NCBI GenBank assembly: GCA_964016885.1
Contig: OZ024740.1
Location: 404,984,001-405,048,000 of the forward strand
Reading direction: 5' to 3'
DNA: 64,000 nucleotides
DNA from: Eledone cirrhosa
Lineage: Eukaryota
A program made the position numbers and the translations under genes. This document shows positions 25,319-38,133 of the stretch, one piece after another; within the stretch, counting starts at the first letter, position 1, and every line of letters begins with the position of its first letter. Below the pieces are notes generated by a model. The model saw only the letters and a program-made list of their open reading frames with translations. It made no database searches and was not told the origin of the DNA.

Positions 25319-28187
25319 CATTGGATAGAAAAGCTGTCCTATTGTGTGACAAGTCAAATCAAGTGACAGTGCCTTGCTCATACAGAATTTTTTGTCTTGG
25401 TTTCTTCTTAATGCCAGTGACATTTACAGCATAGAATGGATGCATTTTATCATGGCACCAACACAACCACCTTACAGGGTGAACCAGGTTCTTATTTTTG
25501 TATGTCACCATGACCACTTTATAGGGTGGGCTAGGTACTTTTTGTCATGTCACCAGCATGAACACCTTACATTGTGGACTAGGGGATTTTGTTGTCACCA
25601 TCATGACCAACTTCCTGGGTGGACTCAGAGCTTTTAGCCAAGTAAAGCATTTACTCTCAGATCATAAGACGCTAGAACATATTTTAGCAATAATGTTACT
25701 TTATAGACTGCAACATTCACATGTATTTCAAGATGGGCTTTATAAATGATAGCATTTGAACCACAAATATCTCATTTAAAAGGATCATGTTGATGCAATA
25801 TAGCGATGTGAATTTGTTAATGTTTGTTTGGACAGATATGATTTTAACAATTCTTTCATCAATCCTGTAGAAACTAATGCAATAAGATGTGAAAATGCAA
25901 AGTTGAAGAATGTTAATGATATTTTATCTGGTATATTAAAAATATTTTTTGATAATTGAAACAATTGCTCTGTTTAAGGGCCATTTAAGCCATTGAAAAA
26001 TAAGTCAACAGTTTATGATATTTTATGTACTAGAGATTTAATTGCTTCACTCAACTTGTTTGAGAATATTAATGATAAAAGTTGAGCATAGTGATTTACA
26101 TTATAATTAAACAGAACCATTTGAAATTAGAAGCAAGATGGTGAGTTAACTGAAGATGAAGAACACTATATAAGTTGTCTGACACATACTAGAATAAAAC
26201 AGGAATGATCTCGTACAATGGACATATGCATAAAGGAATTAAAACATAGATGTGTGTGCTCATGGATCATACTTATTTCAAGAATTGAAGACTATTTTTA
26301 ATACTTGACATATTCTGTGGGTGACCAGAAATAATTGGAGTAAGAATAAAGATGCAGAAGTAAGAGGGGGTTCACATTGTAATTAATCTAGGGTACTAAA
26401 TACCCATACACAAACTTTAGGATAAATGAGGCCCTGTACTGCCTGCTAGCAAGGGTTGGACATGTCATCACAGACTAGTCAGTTCTCATGTGGGGCTACT
26501 GACCTTCAGGTGGGTCTGAGGCTTGACATACTTTACCAAGTGTATTGTATCATGTCATTAACACTAGGGAAATTATCATGTCTTTCACACAACAGGTCCC
26601 TTAACCCTTTGTTTCACAGATTTTCTCTAACGCTTCCATAGACATTCTAGATTCTATTTAAAGATTGATTTGACAACTGATTAAGGAATAAACATTGTTA
26701 ATAATGTTAGACAGTTCTCAAATAAAATAAGGAATTAAACTAATTCATTTCCAGATGTGATATATTATTAGGACAGGGATTGGCAGAATTGGTAGTGTTG
26801 AATACAATGCCATTGCAGTATTTGTTCTGGCTCTTTACATTCTGAACTTAAATACCACTGAAAGTGAACTTTGCTTTACATCCACTGTTGTGTGTATCCC
26901 AGTTTTTAGAATAGGTACCCCATATTGTAAAAGGTGACTAAAAAGGATGGTGTCAGGAAGGTCATCCAGCTGTAAAACATTGTATCAAAATATCCTGCCC
27001 AACCTATGCCAACATGGAAAAGCAGCAGAAAAAGTGATGATAATGATTATAAATATGTGTGCATGTTTGTGTGTTTGTTTCCTGACATATCACAAGCAGT
27101 GATATTTGATCATGCTCCATGTAAGCAGAGATCACTACCCTTCTAAGGTGGAAAACAAAAGTACTAGTGAAGGACTGGGGTTAATTTAATCAACTTTCCT
27201 TTATCTTTAAATTTGTTGGTCTTGTTCTTAAATTAGAAATCAATATTATTGCATGTTTATTGCACCTGATTGGGTCAATTTAAGGTGCCACCTAGTTCAG
27301 TGCAACAGCTTGGCTAGTCATTTGAATAAAACTTCTGAACATAAATTATCATATATGACTATAACTGTATTTGGATAAACACTGCATCCCATAACAAGCC
27401 TATTGGAGGATCTGCTTGCATTTAAATGAACTGAAATAGGGGAGAGGAAGAAAAAAGTGTAAGTTTCAGCCTGAGAGGAAATGTATCTATGACTAATTTA
27501 TTTTGAATGGTGGCAGTTGTTAAAAAGGAAGAAAACATCACCTGTCAATGTTTGCCAACATTGCTGTATTTAAAGATGGAAGAGTTGTTTTATTGGGTTA
27601 GTTTTACATTTCATAATTTACACATTAATATTCAATTTGGCAATAGTGTTCAGCTATATTTAAACAACTAATTGCCAAATATAACTTAACCTTGAAGTTT
27701 TTTTAAAATGGTTTTGTTGATCAAGATTAGATATCTCTGCCAAATGCAATGTCTAAATGAAAGCAGATAGAATAAGGATGATCAAAGAAATGGAAAATAT
27801 TATAGTCATATTTTACTTTCTTTTTATCGTCTGCTGCTTTGCAAATATAAAAACAATGAATGTTTGAAAGGAAACCATTTTTATTGGTGAAGGGAGACTT
27901 TCTAAATTACCTTTTCCCCTACACCATAATATATATATATATATATAAATTATATTAAATGATATATATATAAATTATATTAAATGATATATATATATAA
28001 TGGTGGCAGCGGAAATTGTTTAAATTTTTAATCCGTGCTAATAATAAATATTTGCTCTGACTTATATATGCACACACATCTCATATCCAGTCCTCTCTGG
28101 ACTTTAGTCTTTGTATTTATCATTACTATAATATATCATCATCGTTTAATGTCCATCTTCCATCAATATATATATATATAAACGATG

Positions 28188-28237
<50 letters not shown>

Positions 28238-28239
<2 letters not shown>

Positions 28240-28817
28240 TAGCCGAATTACCCATGCCTTGCTGTGTTTCACATTTTTTTTGTAAAAAAATGATGATTGA
28301 TTTTAAATCAGTGATATAATTTATGGAGAAAACCTCTGCATTTCAATATTACTCAATGTAAAATGTAATGCATGAAAAATTGGAAAACATTATTTTTTGT
28401 AATATATCAAATCAAAATTACATTATTAAATCTTATTCTTATTTTGTTTCTTGTATATCATTTTTTTCAAAATATCAATTCAAAACTTTTGTGAATAGGC
28501 ATCATATCTTGACATTTACCTATGGTTTAAATTTCATATAAATCGAAGGGAAAACATTTTCAGCGGGGGTTTGTGGCTCCGGGGAACCCTAATAGATGGG
28601 TTTAACCCCCATTAGGGTGTCTTAATATTATTGAAATTTGCTGAAGTTTTGTGAATAGGGGGGGGGGGGGGGGTTATGTGCCCCGGGGAGGACCCTTTGA
28701 TTAAAATGGAAATGCTTACCCAAGTACCCTGGGAAATATAGTTTCAGAATATATATGGTTATGGGGGTCTATCTCCCAAACCATAGGGGTTTGTGAACAA
28801 ACACAGGAATACAACTT
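28238..28817 (+). mobile_element. Probable non-autonomous Helitron/Helentron-associated (HINE/DINE-like) element
   Basis: Begins ACTAG..ttacccatgccttgc inside (TA)n and ends acaaacacaggaatacaacttt-atatata. A similar start (actagctgaggtacccagctgtgc) occurs at 37003. Confidence 0.45.
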
Positions 28818-28828
28818 TATATATATAT

Positions 28829-29076
28829 ACAAATAAATTATCGAGAATCGGAACTTCGGCCCACGAAATAATGAAACACAGTCTTCGAAATGTGCGGCAA
28901 AGTGCTCAATGGTTCGGATAAACCAGAGCTATAACTAACGTTTAATACCAACACACTGAGACGATGCTTAAACAATCATTCGCACAGCCAAAAATACGAC
29001 CAAGAAAATTCGGGTCAGACAAATAAAAATATATATGAATGAAAAATTTACCCGGACCCCCTGGAAAGATGGTAAA
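28829..29076 (-). mobile_element. Solo 3'-terminal (pseudo-LTR) fragment related to the Penelope-like element at 8.6-11.1 kb
   Basis: Reverse complement aligns colinearly with 10878-11122: ggtccgggtaaatttttca, tgacccgaatt, cttggtcgt, catcgtctcagtgtg, tagctctggtt, cgattctcg.taattta. Confidence 0.85.
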
Positions 29077-30602
29077 TATATATATATATAAAAATGGTGT
29101 GTGTGTGTTAATACATGGAAACTATCTTTATAAAACCATGTTTATTTTATTATATATATTTCAAGGGTACCAAAATTTTGGTATCAGATAAAATATAAAA
29201 ATTGTTTTATAAATATTGACATATCCCAAAACAAGAACTTATCGTTTTAAGTTTATTTTGGATATATATATATATATAAGCCAAGTACAAGTGAAACATT
29301 TCTTGCTTATAGAGCTAGGTTGTTTGCTGTCAATTATCACAATCAGAGATAAATATAATAAAAATTGATTTAATATATATCAAGTGCTGGAATGATTTAA
29401 TCTGCATATTTTCGTTTTTCTTCATTTAATGATGAAATGTTAACCCCAAAATATTGGTTTTATAGATTAAATGTATATGAGCAGTTAATTGGCTGAACTA
29501 GTAGAGTATCAGAAAAAGTATTGATACTTAGTTGCAATTTTTTACAACTGAGTTTAAATCATTCTGGGATCAGTTCTGCCTTGCATTCCTTTCTTCTTGA
29601 GTCAATAAAATAAGGAACCAGTCATGTAGATATCAACTGTTCTCTCTCCTTATTACAATATGGTTGGGATCATTCTGATCATAAGACTAACTTGAGGCTT
29701 AAAAAAACAAATATGAAAAACTTGTATCAACCCCTGTAAGGATGAAAGGCAAAGCTGTCGTTAAAATGAAATTTTCTGACTCTGTGCCTCTATTAGAAAT
29801 CATTATTAAGATAGTAATACACTGGGATAATTGCTGGCCTTGTGCCTAAAAGTAGAAACAATTATTAAGATAGTAACTTAACATATTTTATATAAGTAGA
29901 AACCCTTTAAAATTAGTGGTTTTGTTTCATAAAATCAGATCTAATTTAGGGCAGGTTGGTATCAAAAGGGTTAATATAACTAACCCATGTCACAGTTGAT
30001 TGAACAGCCTGTATCTTGTCAAACAGCACTTTGTTTATCACAGCATAATGGTTTTTCTTTATTTAAACATATATATGGTATAAACATATGAAAAGAATTC
30101 ACTAATTTTTCTTGCCTTTTGTTAAACTGGACACCCATAATGTATGTCTTAAAAACAAGGTTGAGTCTTGAACAGTATCTTTGGCAATTGTATACAAAAT
30201 ACTTTCAAGCACCCAGAAAGAACACCAAACAAATATTTATCATTGTTCCTCATCAACGTTTTTACATCCACTTTTCCATGTTGACATAGGTTGAAGAGGA
30301 TGTTGTGAAACAGTTGGATGCCTTTTCTGACACCAACCCAGTTTAGTTACCTCTTATGATACAGTGTAACTATTCTAAAACTAGATGTTCACACACATGC
30401 ATGCACATGTGCATATTATATATATGTATATATTCTCTCACATGGAGTTAAGTCTTCCCAGTGAATTTTACACCCCACCTCATCCTTTTGCAGCAATATT
30501 TTTTATTTATTTATTTATTTTTTTTTTTTATTAAAGAGTATTTTTTTTATTAAAGAGTATTTTTGTTTTCTTTAAAGTTCAATGTGGTGAGGAAAAAAAG
30601 AT

Positions 30603-30940
30603 CTTTGCTCCAACAACCCTCTCAGGAATAAGTGGGCAGAGTCCTCAAACACTCCTTCCAGTGGGTCCTGTCAGAAGCCACCATCTCCAACTGATCCGAC
30701 TGGATCCCCAAGCATGACCAGCCAAGCTCATGGATGTTATCCAACCATCCTGCTTGGAGTCTACACCTGGGTTTCCTGCCGGCTGGTTTTGCTGGTAAAA
30801 ACTGTCCAGTGATTCTTTCCTGAGACATTCTAACCACATGCCCATAGTATCGGAGCTGTTATCTCTCAATTCAGAGAAGTAGTGGCTCTACCTGGAGTGA
30901 CTCTCTGATCTCCGAGTATGCACTTTATCGAGTAAGATAT
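30603..30940 (-). mobile_element. Decayed Expander/Rex3-like RTE 3' fragment
   Basis: MVRMSQERI...KPAGRKPRCR...WLDNI; homologous to 33485-33870. Confidence 0.75.
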
Positions 30941-32644
30941 TAATTTTCAAATACTTTTGCTTATACTACTACTGTAGTATATGTAGTACAATATACTGCA
31001 TCACCAGTAACAATTATGTATATTTCTATACCTATGGTCTTAGCACCAGGTCAAGCCTGAGTGAGCAAGCCCTTGATTAAAGGAATTCCAACCATGATCA
31101 TCCATCCTGTTATCTTCATTTGATCAGGAAACTTAGAAAAGGATACATTAACTGTCATAAGAAAATAGGATGTAATTTGATGGAGATTTGGCTACTATGT
31201 CTAGCAAATTGAACAACTAGGTAGATGCTCTAATTGGCTTATCTGTAATTATGTGTAATATATATTATTAGAATTGTGAAATTCTAGAAAGTTATTTTAT
31301 ATATTAATTGAATTAGTGTTTCAATTATTTAATAAACTAGCTCTAGGGAATTCTTTTGTGCATCATCATGACTATCAGTAGCCTAATCAATTTCATTATT
31401 TCAATCAACCTCATTGTATTACTATTATCTTGTGCTATTTTCCCATGTAAGTATCAATTTATTTTAAACCCAAGTGAACCCTGGTCGGGTTGACCTAAGA
31501 CCATCTTGTCCTTTTTTCATTCTTCTAGTTCTTATTTTTTCATTCTTTATGTGCAGTATTGCGCAAAAAGAGAATCACAAGCAATAAATTGCAGAGGGCA
31601 AGGGAATAGTCAGGGATAAATGCTGTGAAAAGAAATGGAATGAGATGGTTGGGTCATATGTTGAGGAAGGGTGAAAGTTACTGAGAGGAGTAATGTAAAT
31701 GAATGTGGAAAAATGTAGAGGAAGGGAAAGACCGAGAAAAATATGGCTGAGGATAATGAGGGAAGAAATGGAGTGGATATGTAAAGGATAGGGTATGTGC
31801 AGTCGATAGAACTATGTAGAGAAGCTTGCATTGGGGCTCGCTTGTTTAATATCCCCTCATTCTATCAAGTTCTTTTTCTGTTTCTGACCCTTATATAGCC
31901 CTCTCTGCTATGAGACAGCTCTTTTTTTTTCACCCTCATTAGCAGTACATGTCTGCACAGCTACAATCCTTATATTCAATTTGCTCTCATAATAATTTTT
32001 CATTAACCTTTTCATTACCATATTTTCAATGAAAGACATTGTCTATGGTTTTCAAATGATCGAAAATTTAGGGATTAATAGTATAACAAACTTTCTCACT
32101 ATTAAGCTTGTGTTTGGAAGATAACAAAGGTTCTTGCATAAAATTAGGATGGAAGAATTTAAAATAAATATAAACTTGTAAAACCAGGTTTTGTATAAAA
32201 AAATCTAAATTTACTCACATAGAGCCTCTGAGGTTTTTGCTGGACATCATAGATAAATGATGTAGTTTAGCTCCAGATCAAGTGCATTCCAGCCATGACC
32301 ATCACATTTTATATTTAGACATTCTATATCTCAGACCAGATTGTCTGAGGAAAATATGGACAAAAGTTGTGAGAGCTAATTTCAGATTGTTAAATCTCAT
32401 AGAAAAGATAATGAAGTAAAACAAGTGGAGGAAAACTGCGCTGGAGAAGATCCAGCCATGTCAACATGGGAAAATGGGTATAAAAATGGGGAAGATGATG
32501 GTGTCCCTTTAAGATGGCAGTGTCATTCAAGGAAAATTTGGCTGGCATTACTAGCAGGTTAGGTGACTGGGAAGTTCTTTCTGTTTACTGTACGTTATTT
32601 GTCTTCATTAATTTGATTTGCATCATATTCCTGTTGTATCTTCC

Positions 32645-32646
<2 letters not shown>

Positions 32647-32726
<80 letters not shown>
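32647..32726. repeat. Perfect (TG)n microsatellite
   Basis: Direct inspection. Confidence 0.98.
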
Positions 32727-32730
<4 letters not shown>

Positions 32731-33204
32731 ATTTGTTTAAGATGAAACTGCCATAACTGTTGATCAATATATTTCTCACCTTCCATACTAATGTAGGAAG
32801 TAAGAGTTTATGGTTTTGTTATATTTCTCATGCTGACTAATCCTATCACAAATTTTAGGTTGTGTATTCTACTGTTTTATGATATATTATATAGTCGTTC
32901 TGTTTATGGGAAGATGATACATGAAATTAACTTGAGGCGAAAAACAGATGTTGCACTTGATATGTTTCAATTCTTTAAATAACTGTCATCATGACCTGCA
33001 TTAATTCCAAGGGTGTTATTTCTTTTCTAATATTTCTAATTTGCTCTGATTAATTTCATTCCTCATACAGTGTATCATCACATTGAAATGTATCAGCTGT
33101 TAGCAAATATTGATTTCTATTATATTATCCTAAGTTTTATAGCATATCTAAACAGGGGAAACTCTATATTATTTTAATCTAAATTCAGTTTCATATTTTT
33201 TTTA

Positions 33205-33418
33205 TCGTATTCTATTCTTTTACTGGCTTGACATTAGGTTGTGGCCATATCGTATTGACACAAGTACTCATTTTATCAAGTCTAGTACTTATTTTATCAA
33301 TCCCTTTTTGTCAAATTGCTAAGTTACAGGACACACACACATACCATATTTACAAGATACCACAACAGGGATAGAACCCAGAGCTATATGGCTGTGAAGC
33401 AAACTCGTTAACTACATT
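33205..33418 (-). mobile_element. Decayed tRNA-headed SINE with a CR1-group-LINE-like 3' end
   Basis: Reverse strand has gggttctatccc (B-box-like), ttgataaaataagtac and atggccacaacctaatg...agtaaaagaat. Related to 56975-57275. Confidence 0.55.
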
Positions 33419-33484
33419 AAAAATGAAAAATAAAATGAAATGTCAACCCTTACTGAGGGTCATGTATTCTTTCGGTTATTACCC

Positions 33485-33870
33485 AAGATTCAATTGCAAA
33501 TACAAACGGCAGAAATGGGGTTCCTCAGTAGGGTCTTTGGAGGAACGTTACTCGATAAAGGGCATAGCTCAGAGATCAGAGAGACACCCCAGGTAGAGCC
33601 GCTACTTCTCCGGATTGAGAGATCACGGCTCCGATACAATGGGCATGTGGTTAGAATGTCTCGGGAAAGAATCGTTGGACAGATTTTACAGGCAAAACCA
33701 ACCAGCAAGAGACCCAGAGGTAGACCCCGAGCAAGATAGTTGGATAACATCCATGAGCTTGGCTGGTCATGCTTTGGGATCCAGCTGGATCAGTTGGAGA
33801 TGTTTTCTTCTGACAGACTCGCTGGAAGGAGTGTTTGAGGAGGACTCTGAAATAAGTGGGCGAAGAAGAT
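33485..33870 (+). mobile_element. Expander/Rex3-like RTE 3' fragment
   Basis: IQTAEMGFLSRV.G.TLLD...SSEIRE...VEPLLLRIERSRLRY.GHVVRM...RPRGRPRAR*. Confidence 0.8.
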
Positions 33871-34800
33871 ATTGTCAATTTATTTTTCAGTTTACATATC
33901 ATATCTATAAGCATATATATTTGCATATAAAACAAATACACACATTACATATGCTAGCAGAAAACCGCCCAGGGGGGGCTTTTTTCTGCTAGTTTTTATA
34001 ATATTCATTCACATGATTTTTGTATGTTATACATTTTGAAAATACTTCTCCAAGAGAAGTTCTGATTTCCTCAAATCCTTTATATCTATCGACTAATAGA
34101 AGTCAATGATGCTAAATAATACTAATGTGTCCATCTACTTTAGTTCTAAAATTAACTTGCAGAAATTCTATCAAGCTTACAAATCTTTATGATGTTGTAG
34201 AATGTTAATTAAGGAAGCAGTCTTCTGTCTCATTGTTCCATATTCCAATCATGTCTTTCTATCCTTCTTCATAGTTATAAAATTCTGTAGTAAAATGCTT
34301 CAGTGATATCTTATTTAAGGATTTGTTTCATATCATTTAGTCAGCATACTCTGGTTTGCTGTGAAATTAACAAAGGCCATTAAAGTAGGCAATATCAATG
34401 GCAGTGAGGAACTATTAGAAAAAGGCTTTATAATATTAGTAAGCTATTCCATATTTTATTAATGTGTGTGTTGTTGAATAGTTAAATGTCCTCGAGCTTA
34501 TTAAGAGGAATATTGATTTCTTACATCAGTACAAAGCTACAAATTTGCAAGATAAGATTGAAATGTTCCCCAATACAGGTCTAGGACTTATTTGGATTGA
34601 CGTCAGGCACATGAAGGTCAAGGCAATAATTTGAGGTATTATTTTTAAACACCTAAATGTTTACTTTAGATAATATTGGTTATTAAAATAGAATATAAAA
34701 TAGGAACCAAAGAAGGAGCTAGAAATAAGTCAAATCTCCTTCGTCATGCTCTAACATCTTAAATCAGGAAAATGCATTCAATATTTATGTAGGTCTAGAT

Positions 34801-34958
34801 TAGTCATGAACAACTTTTTTTAACAGTGGGCTGTATAGAATTTAGCTCATCATAAGGAGAGCCACACTAATAAAAAATTCAATTTTGAAATCAGGTGTAC
34901 CATTCAGAAAGCAAAATAGTTTGCATGCTGCTTGTGGACTGCAGTTTGCCCATGACTG
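34801..34958. mobile_element. hAT-like MITE with 8-bp TSD
   Basis: Termini tagtcatgaacaact / agtttgcccatgactg; flanks gtctagat (34793-34800) and gtctagct (34959-34966), resembling the NTCTAGAN hAT/Charlie target. Confidence 0.65.
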
Positions 34959-36269
34959 GTCTAGCTGTAGTATGTTGGAAAAAAAAAAGAAGATAGGATG
35001 ATCAAAGTTGGAACATCTTTGGTCATAAGTGTGCTTAATCTTGGTTAAATATATAATACATAAAACTTTTTTTTTTGGTTTTTCAACATTTTTACACCTT
35101 TTCTTTGCTAGTTAGATGAAGGTTTCTCTTGTTTTTTAATTTAGGCATTTCTCATGGTTCTGTCTTTTCTAGAAAAAATTAATCAGATCGAGGACTGAGA
35201 ATACCCTATTTCTCAAAAAGGGATAGGTTTGAGTAAAACCTAACTCACTGCTTATGACTGTTTTTGAACTCTTGGTCTTTGGGTTAGTTGGCCACTACAC
35301 AGCCAACATGTCTCATATATTAATTCTGGCTGAATATCAATGTGTTTTACTTTGATTCCAAATGAATAGAGCTATTCTTATACTAATTCATTGTCTTTTT
35401 TATTTTTTTAAGAGATGACTGTGTAGCTTTACTGTTAAGATATTTGGCACCTTATAGTGACAAACGAAGCTAATTTGTAGTTCATTTTGTTGCTGGAAAT
35501 TCAATTTTGCTGGCATTTTTATTTGTTTTCACAATTTTCCCCTGTTGATTTCCGGTCAGTCGGTTTCCTTACACTACTTGAAGCTTGTAAATTTAACTGC
35601 TGAGTCATTTGCTGATGGCTGACTGATATAGTTGGATTAAGTTCAATACAATACACTCTTGAATAGTGTTTCTATTGCTTTTATTCCTCTTATTTATTCA
35701 ATCCCATGGAAGATAATACAGACTGGTAGAAAAGTGTAAAAACAAAAAAATAGCCATTGCTCATTGCCATATTGTGTATGCTACAGTTTTTAGAATTAGT
35801 AGTATATAAAGCTATTAATTTTTTATTTATTTTTGTAGGTACACAATAACTAGGAAACATTAGTCTGAATCAGGCTTGTAATCTAGATTTAGCTTAAATA
35901 TTTTATATCTTTAAAACACATTTACTGTTTTAAATAAAAGATTTTCGGGAGTTTTTTTGTTTTTTTTTAAATCTTTTGTTGGCCATTAGTATGAATGTGT
36001 TGCCTTCATTGAACCTGATGTTGCACCAGTCATTTGTATATCAAAAGCAGCAGTTTCAAGTCCTCCTGGATATGGTTTTGTCATCTCTTTGGTGGTCTGG
36101 CCCTTTTTCTTAGGTCTTGAAGACTTGCTAGACTATAGTTATATCCATTAAAATAATATATACAATGGATTGGTTTTGTTTATCAAATTCAGATATACTC
36201 CAATTGAAGGAGAACAGTTTAAATTTCCTAATACTTTTGGTTGAAGAATCAGCTCAGTCTTGGGATCAG

Positions 36270-36495
36270 TTAATCCTTTAGCATTTACATTACTCTATAT
36301 ATACTATTGTATTTTCACAGTAAAGGTTTTACTTCACATAAATATCTCGCATGATATTGAATCTACAAGATTTTGATATTTATTTTGAGAACAATACCTT
36401 AACATAAATGTGAGTGACCAGTTAGAGCCAGTTTGAACAGAAAGAGGTGGGAGAATCCTGGCCGGATACAGCCGGTTTAAATGCTAAAGGGTTAA
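36270..36495 (-). mobile_element. TTAA-flanked MITE family A
   Basis: ttaa-tcctttagcattta ... taaatgctaaaggg-ttaa; the body is the reverse complement of 23668-23896. Confidence 0.92.
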
Positions 36496-38133
36496 ACTTT
36501 ACCAAAGGTTTCAATGAATTCTGCACCACCTTCATCACTTACAAATGTTGCTGTTTTTAGGTTCTCAGTTTTTCCCTACCATTCAAACAATAACTGTAAT
36601 ATTATATTATATAATATATTATATTAGATGGTAACATTAATACTGTTGATACTGTAGTCAAGAAAAGGAATTAAATTATTGAATGTCTCGGAATTGAATT
36701 TAATGGAAATTTCTGAGGACAGGTGTTGTGGACCACTGATGGGAAATTCTTTTATTAGTAAATTATCTCATAAATATAGAATTATGGTAACTTAATAAAA
36801 AAAAAATGGTGTTTGGGCAAAGGAATTTTTTTTCCTTTTTGTAATGTTTTTACTTGTTTCATAAGAATTTAGGGTCAATAATGGCAATTAACTACTGTAA
36901 CTTACTTCTTACAATTATTAGAAGATACTAAAAAAGATTACAGAACAGAATTACACTTAAATTTCATGTTCTGGTTTGGATTTTCAGTTCACTTTATCAC
37001 TAACTAGCTGAGGTACCCAGCTGTGCCTAGGTAAACAGATGAAGACCATTAGAAGAGAAAATGACTGCATTCAATGAGTTGTTTGGTTTAGAGTATGAGG
37101 TGTGTGTGTATGTGTGAACAAAAAAAGTCAAAAATCTTCCAGAGACACCAGATTTTTCGTTTTGCCATTCGTGCATAGCATATAAAGATTTCTAGGTGTT
37201 CCTACTCATGAACAACCTATATGTCCATGGGTAAAAACCGATTCTCTCATATGCAATCCTACAACTTTGAAACTCTGACCCTGAGCTTTATTTATGGTCA
37301 TAGTAAAACTGGCTCTAATGGGGAACTGAATCTTTGTCTTATTTGATCAAATTCCTTCTAATTAAATCTCAGAAATTGTTTCAATCCTTCCTAAGTACCG
37401 TTCATCAATATTCACAGAAAAACAGATTGATAAAAGATTACGGTTACAAAATAGGAAGACAATTCCAATAGCCATTATTTCTAATGTTAAGTTGGAGGTG
37501 GAAACATTTCCTCACGTTGACACATATTACTTTGTAAATCTGAATTAATATCATTTTTACATCCCTGTGACTCTTATTCTCAAAGCTATTCCTGTAAAAA
37601 GAAGTGTAATCATACTGGGAATAGATATAATTGTTTGGTGATTGGTATCTCAGTTTAACCAATTTAGTTACAAAGGTTTGAATTTATAGCTAACACACAC
37701 ACACACACAGCTTCGTCTGTAGGTAATGTTTGTAATAAATATGTTGCTACATATAAAAGGAAAAAAAAATGCTATTAAATCAGTCGCACAGGTACACCAG
37801 GTCCAAACACAGAGGAACCAAACTCCCACTGTCATCACCTCCATCTCTCCTGCCCCCCCCCCCTCCAACTCACTATTAAGTTTTGTTGACGTTTCAAGTT
37901 CGATAATAGAGGATGCATCAAATAATGTAGTTCTAATGTAATCTGAAAGTAACACATGGGAATAGTCATAGTTGAAACACCTTTGATCAGGGTTAACTTG
38001 ACACAAAACATTTACACACCAGTGGTCATAAGCTTTATTATTTCCACTGTAATACATGTGTGTATCCAGTTCAGAATAAGAGGTAACTAAAAAGGTTGGT
38101 GCCTGGAAAGGCATCTGAATGGAAAACCTTACT

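Larger units (their letters stand above)
23110..26390 (+). mobile_element. Highly decayed Ty3/Gypsy-like pol relic with nested insertions
   Basis: RT remnants YKVVVN...FDKLDLKRAY (~23200-23320); RNase H remnant TEIRYLNIRKESLAIVW (~24650-24700); SDHKTL (~25655); integrase-like remnants to ~26340. Confidence 0.55.
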
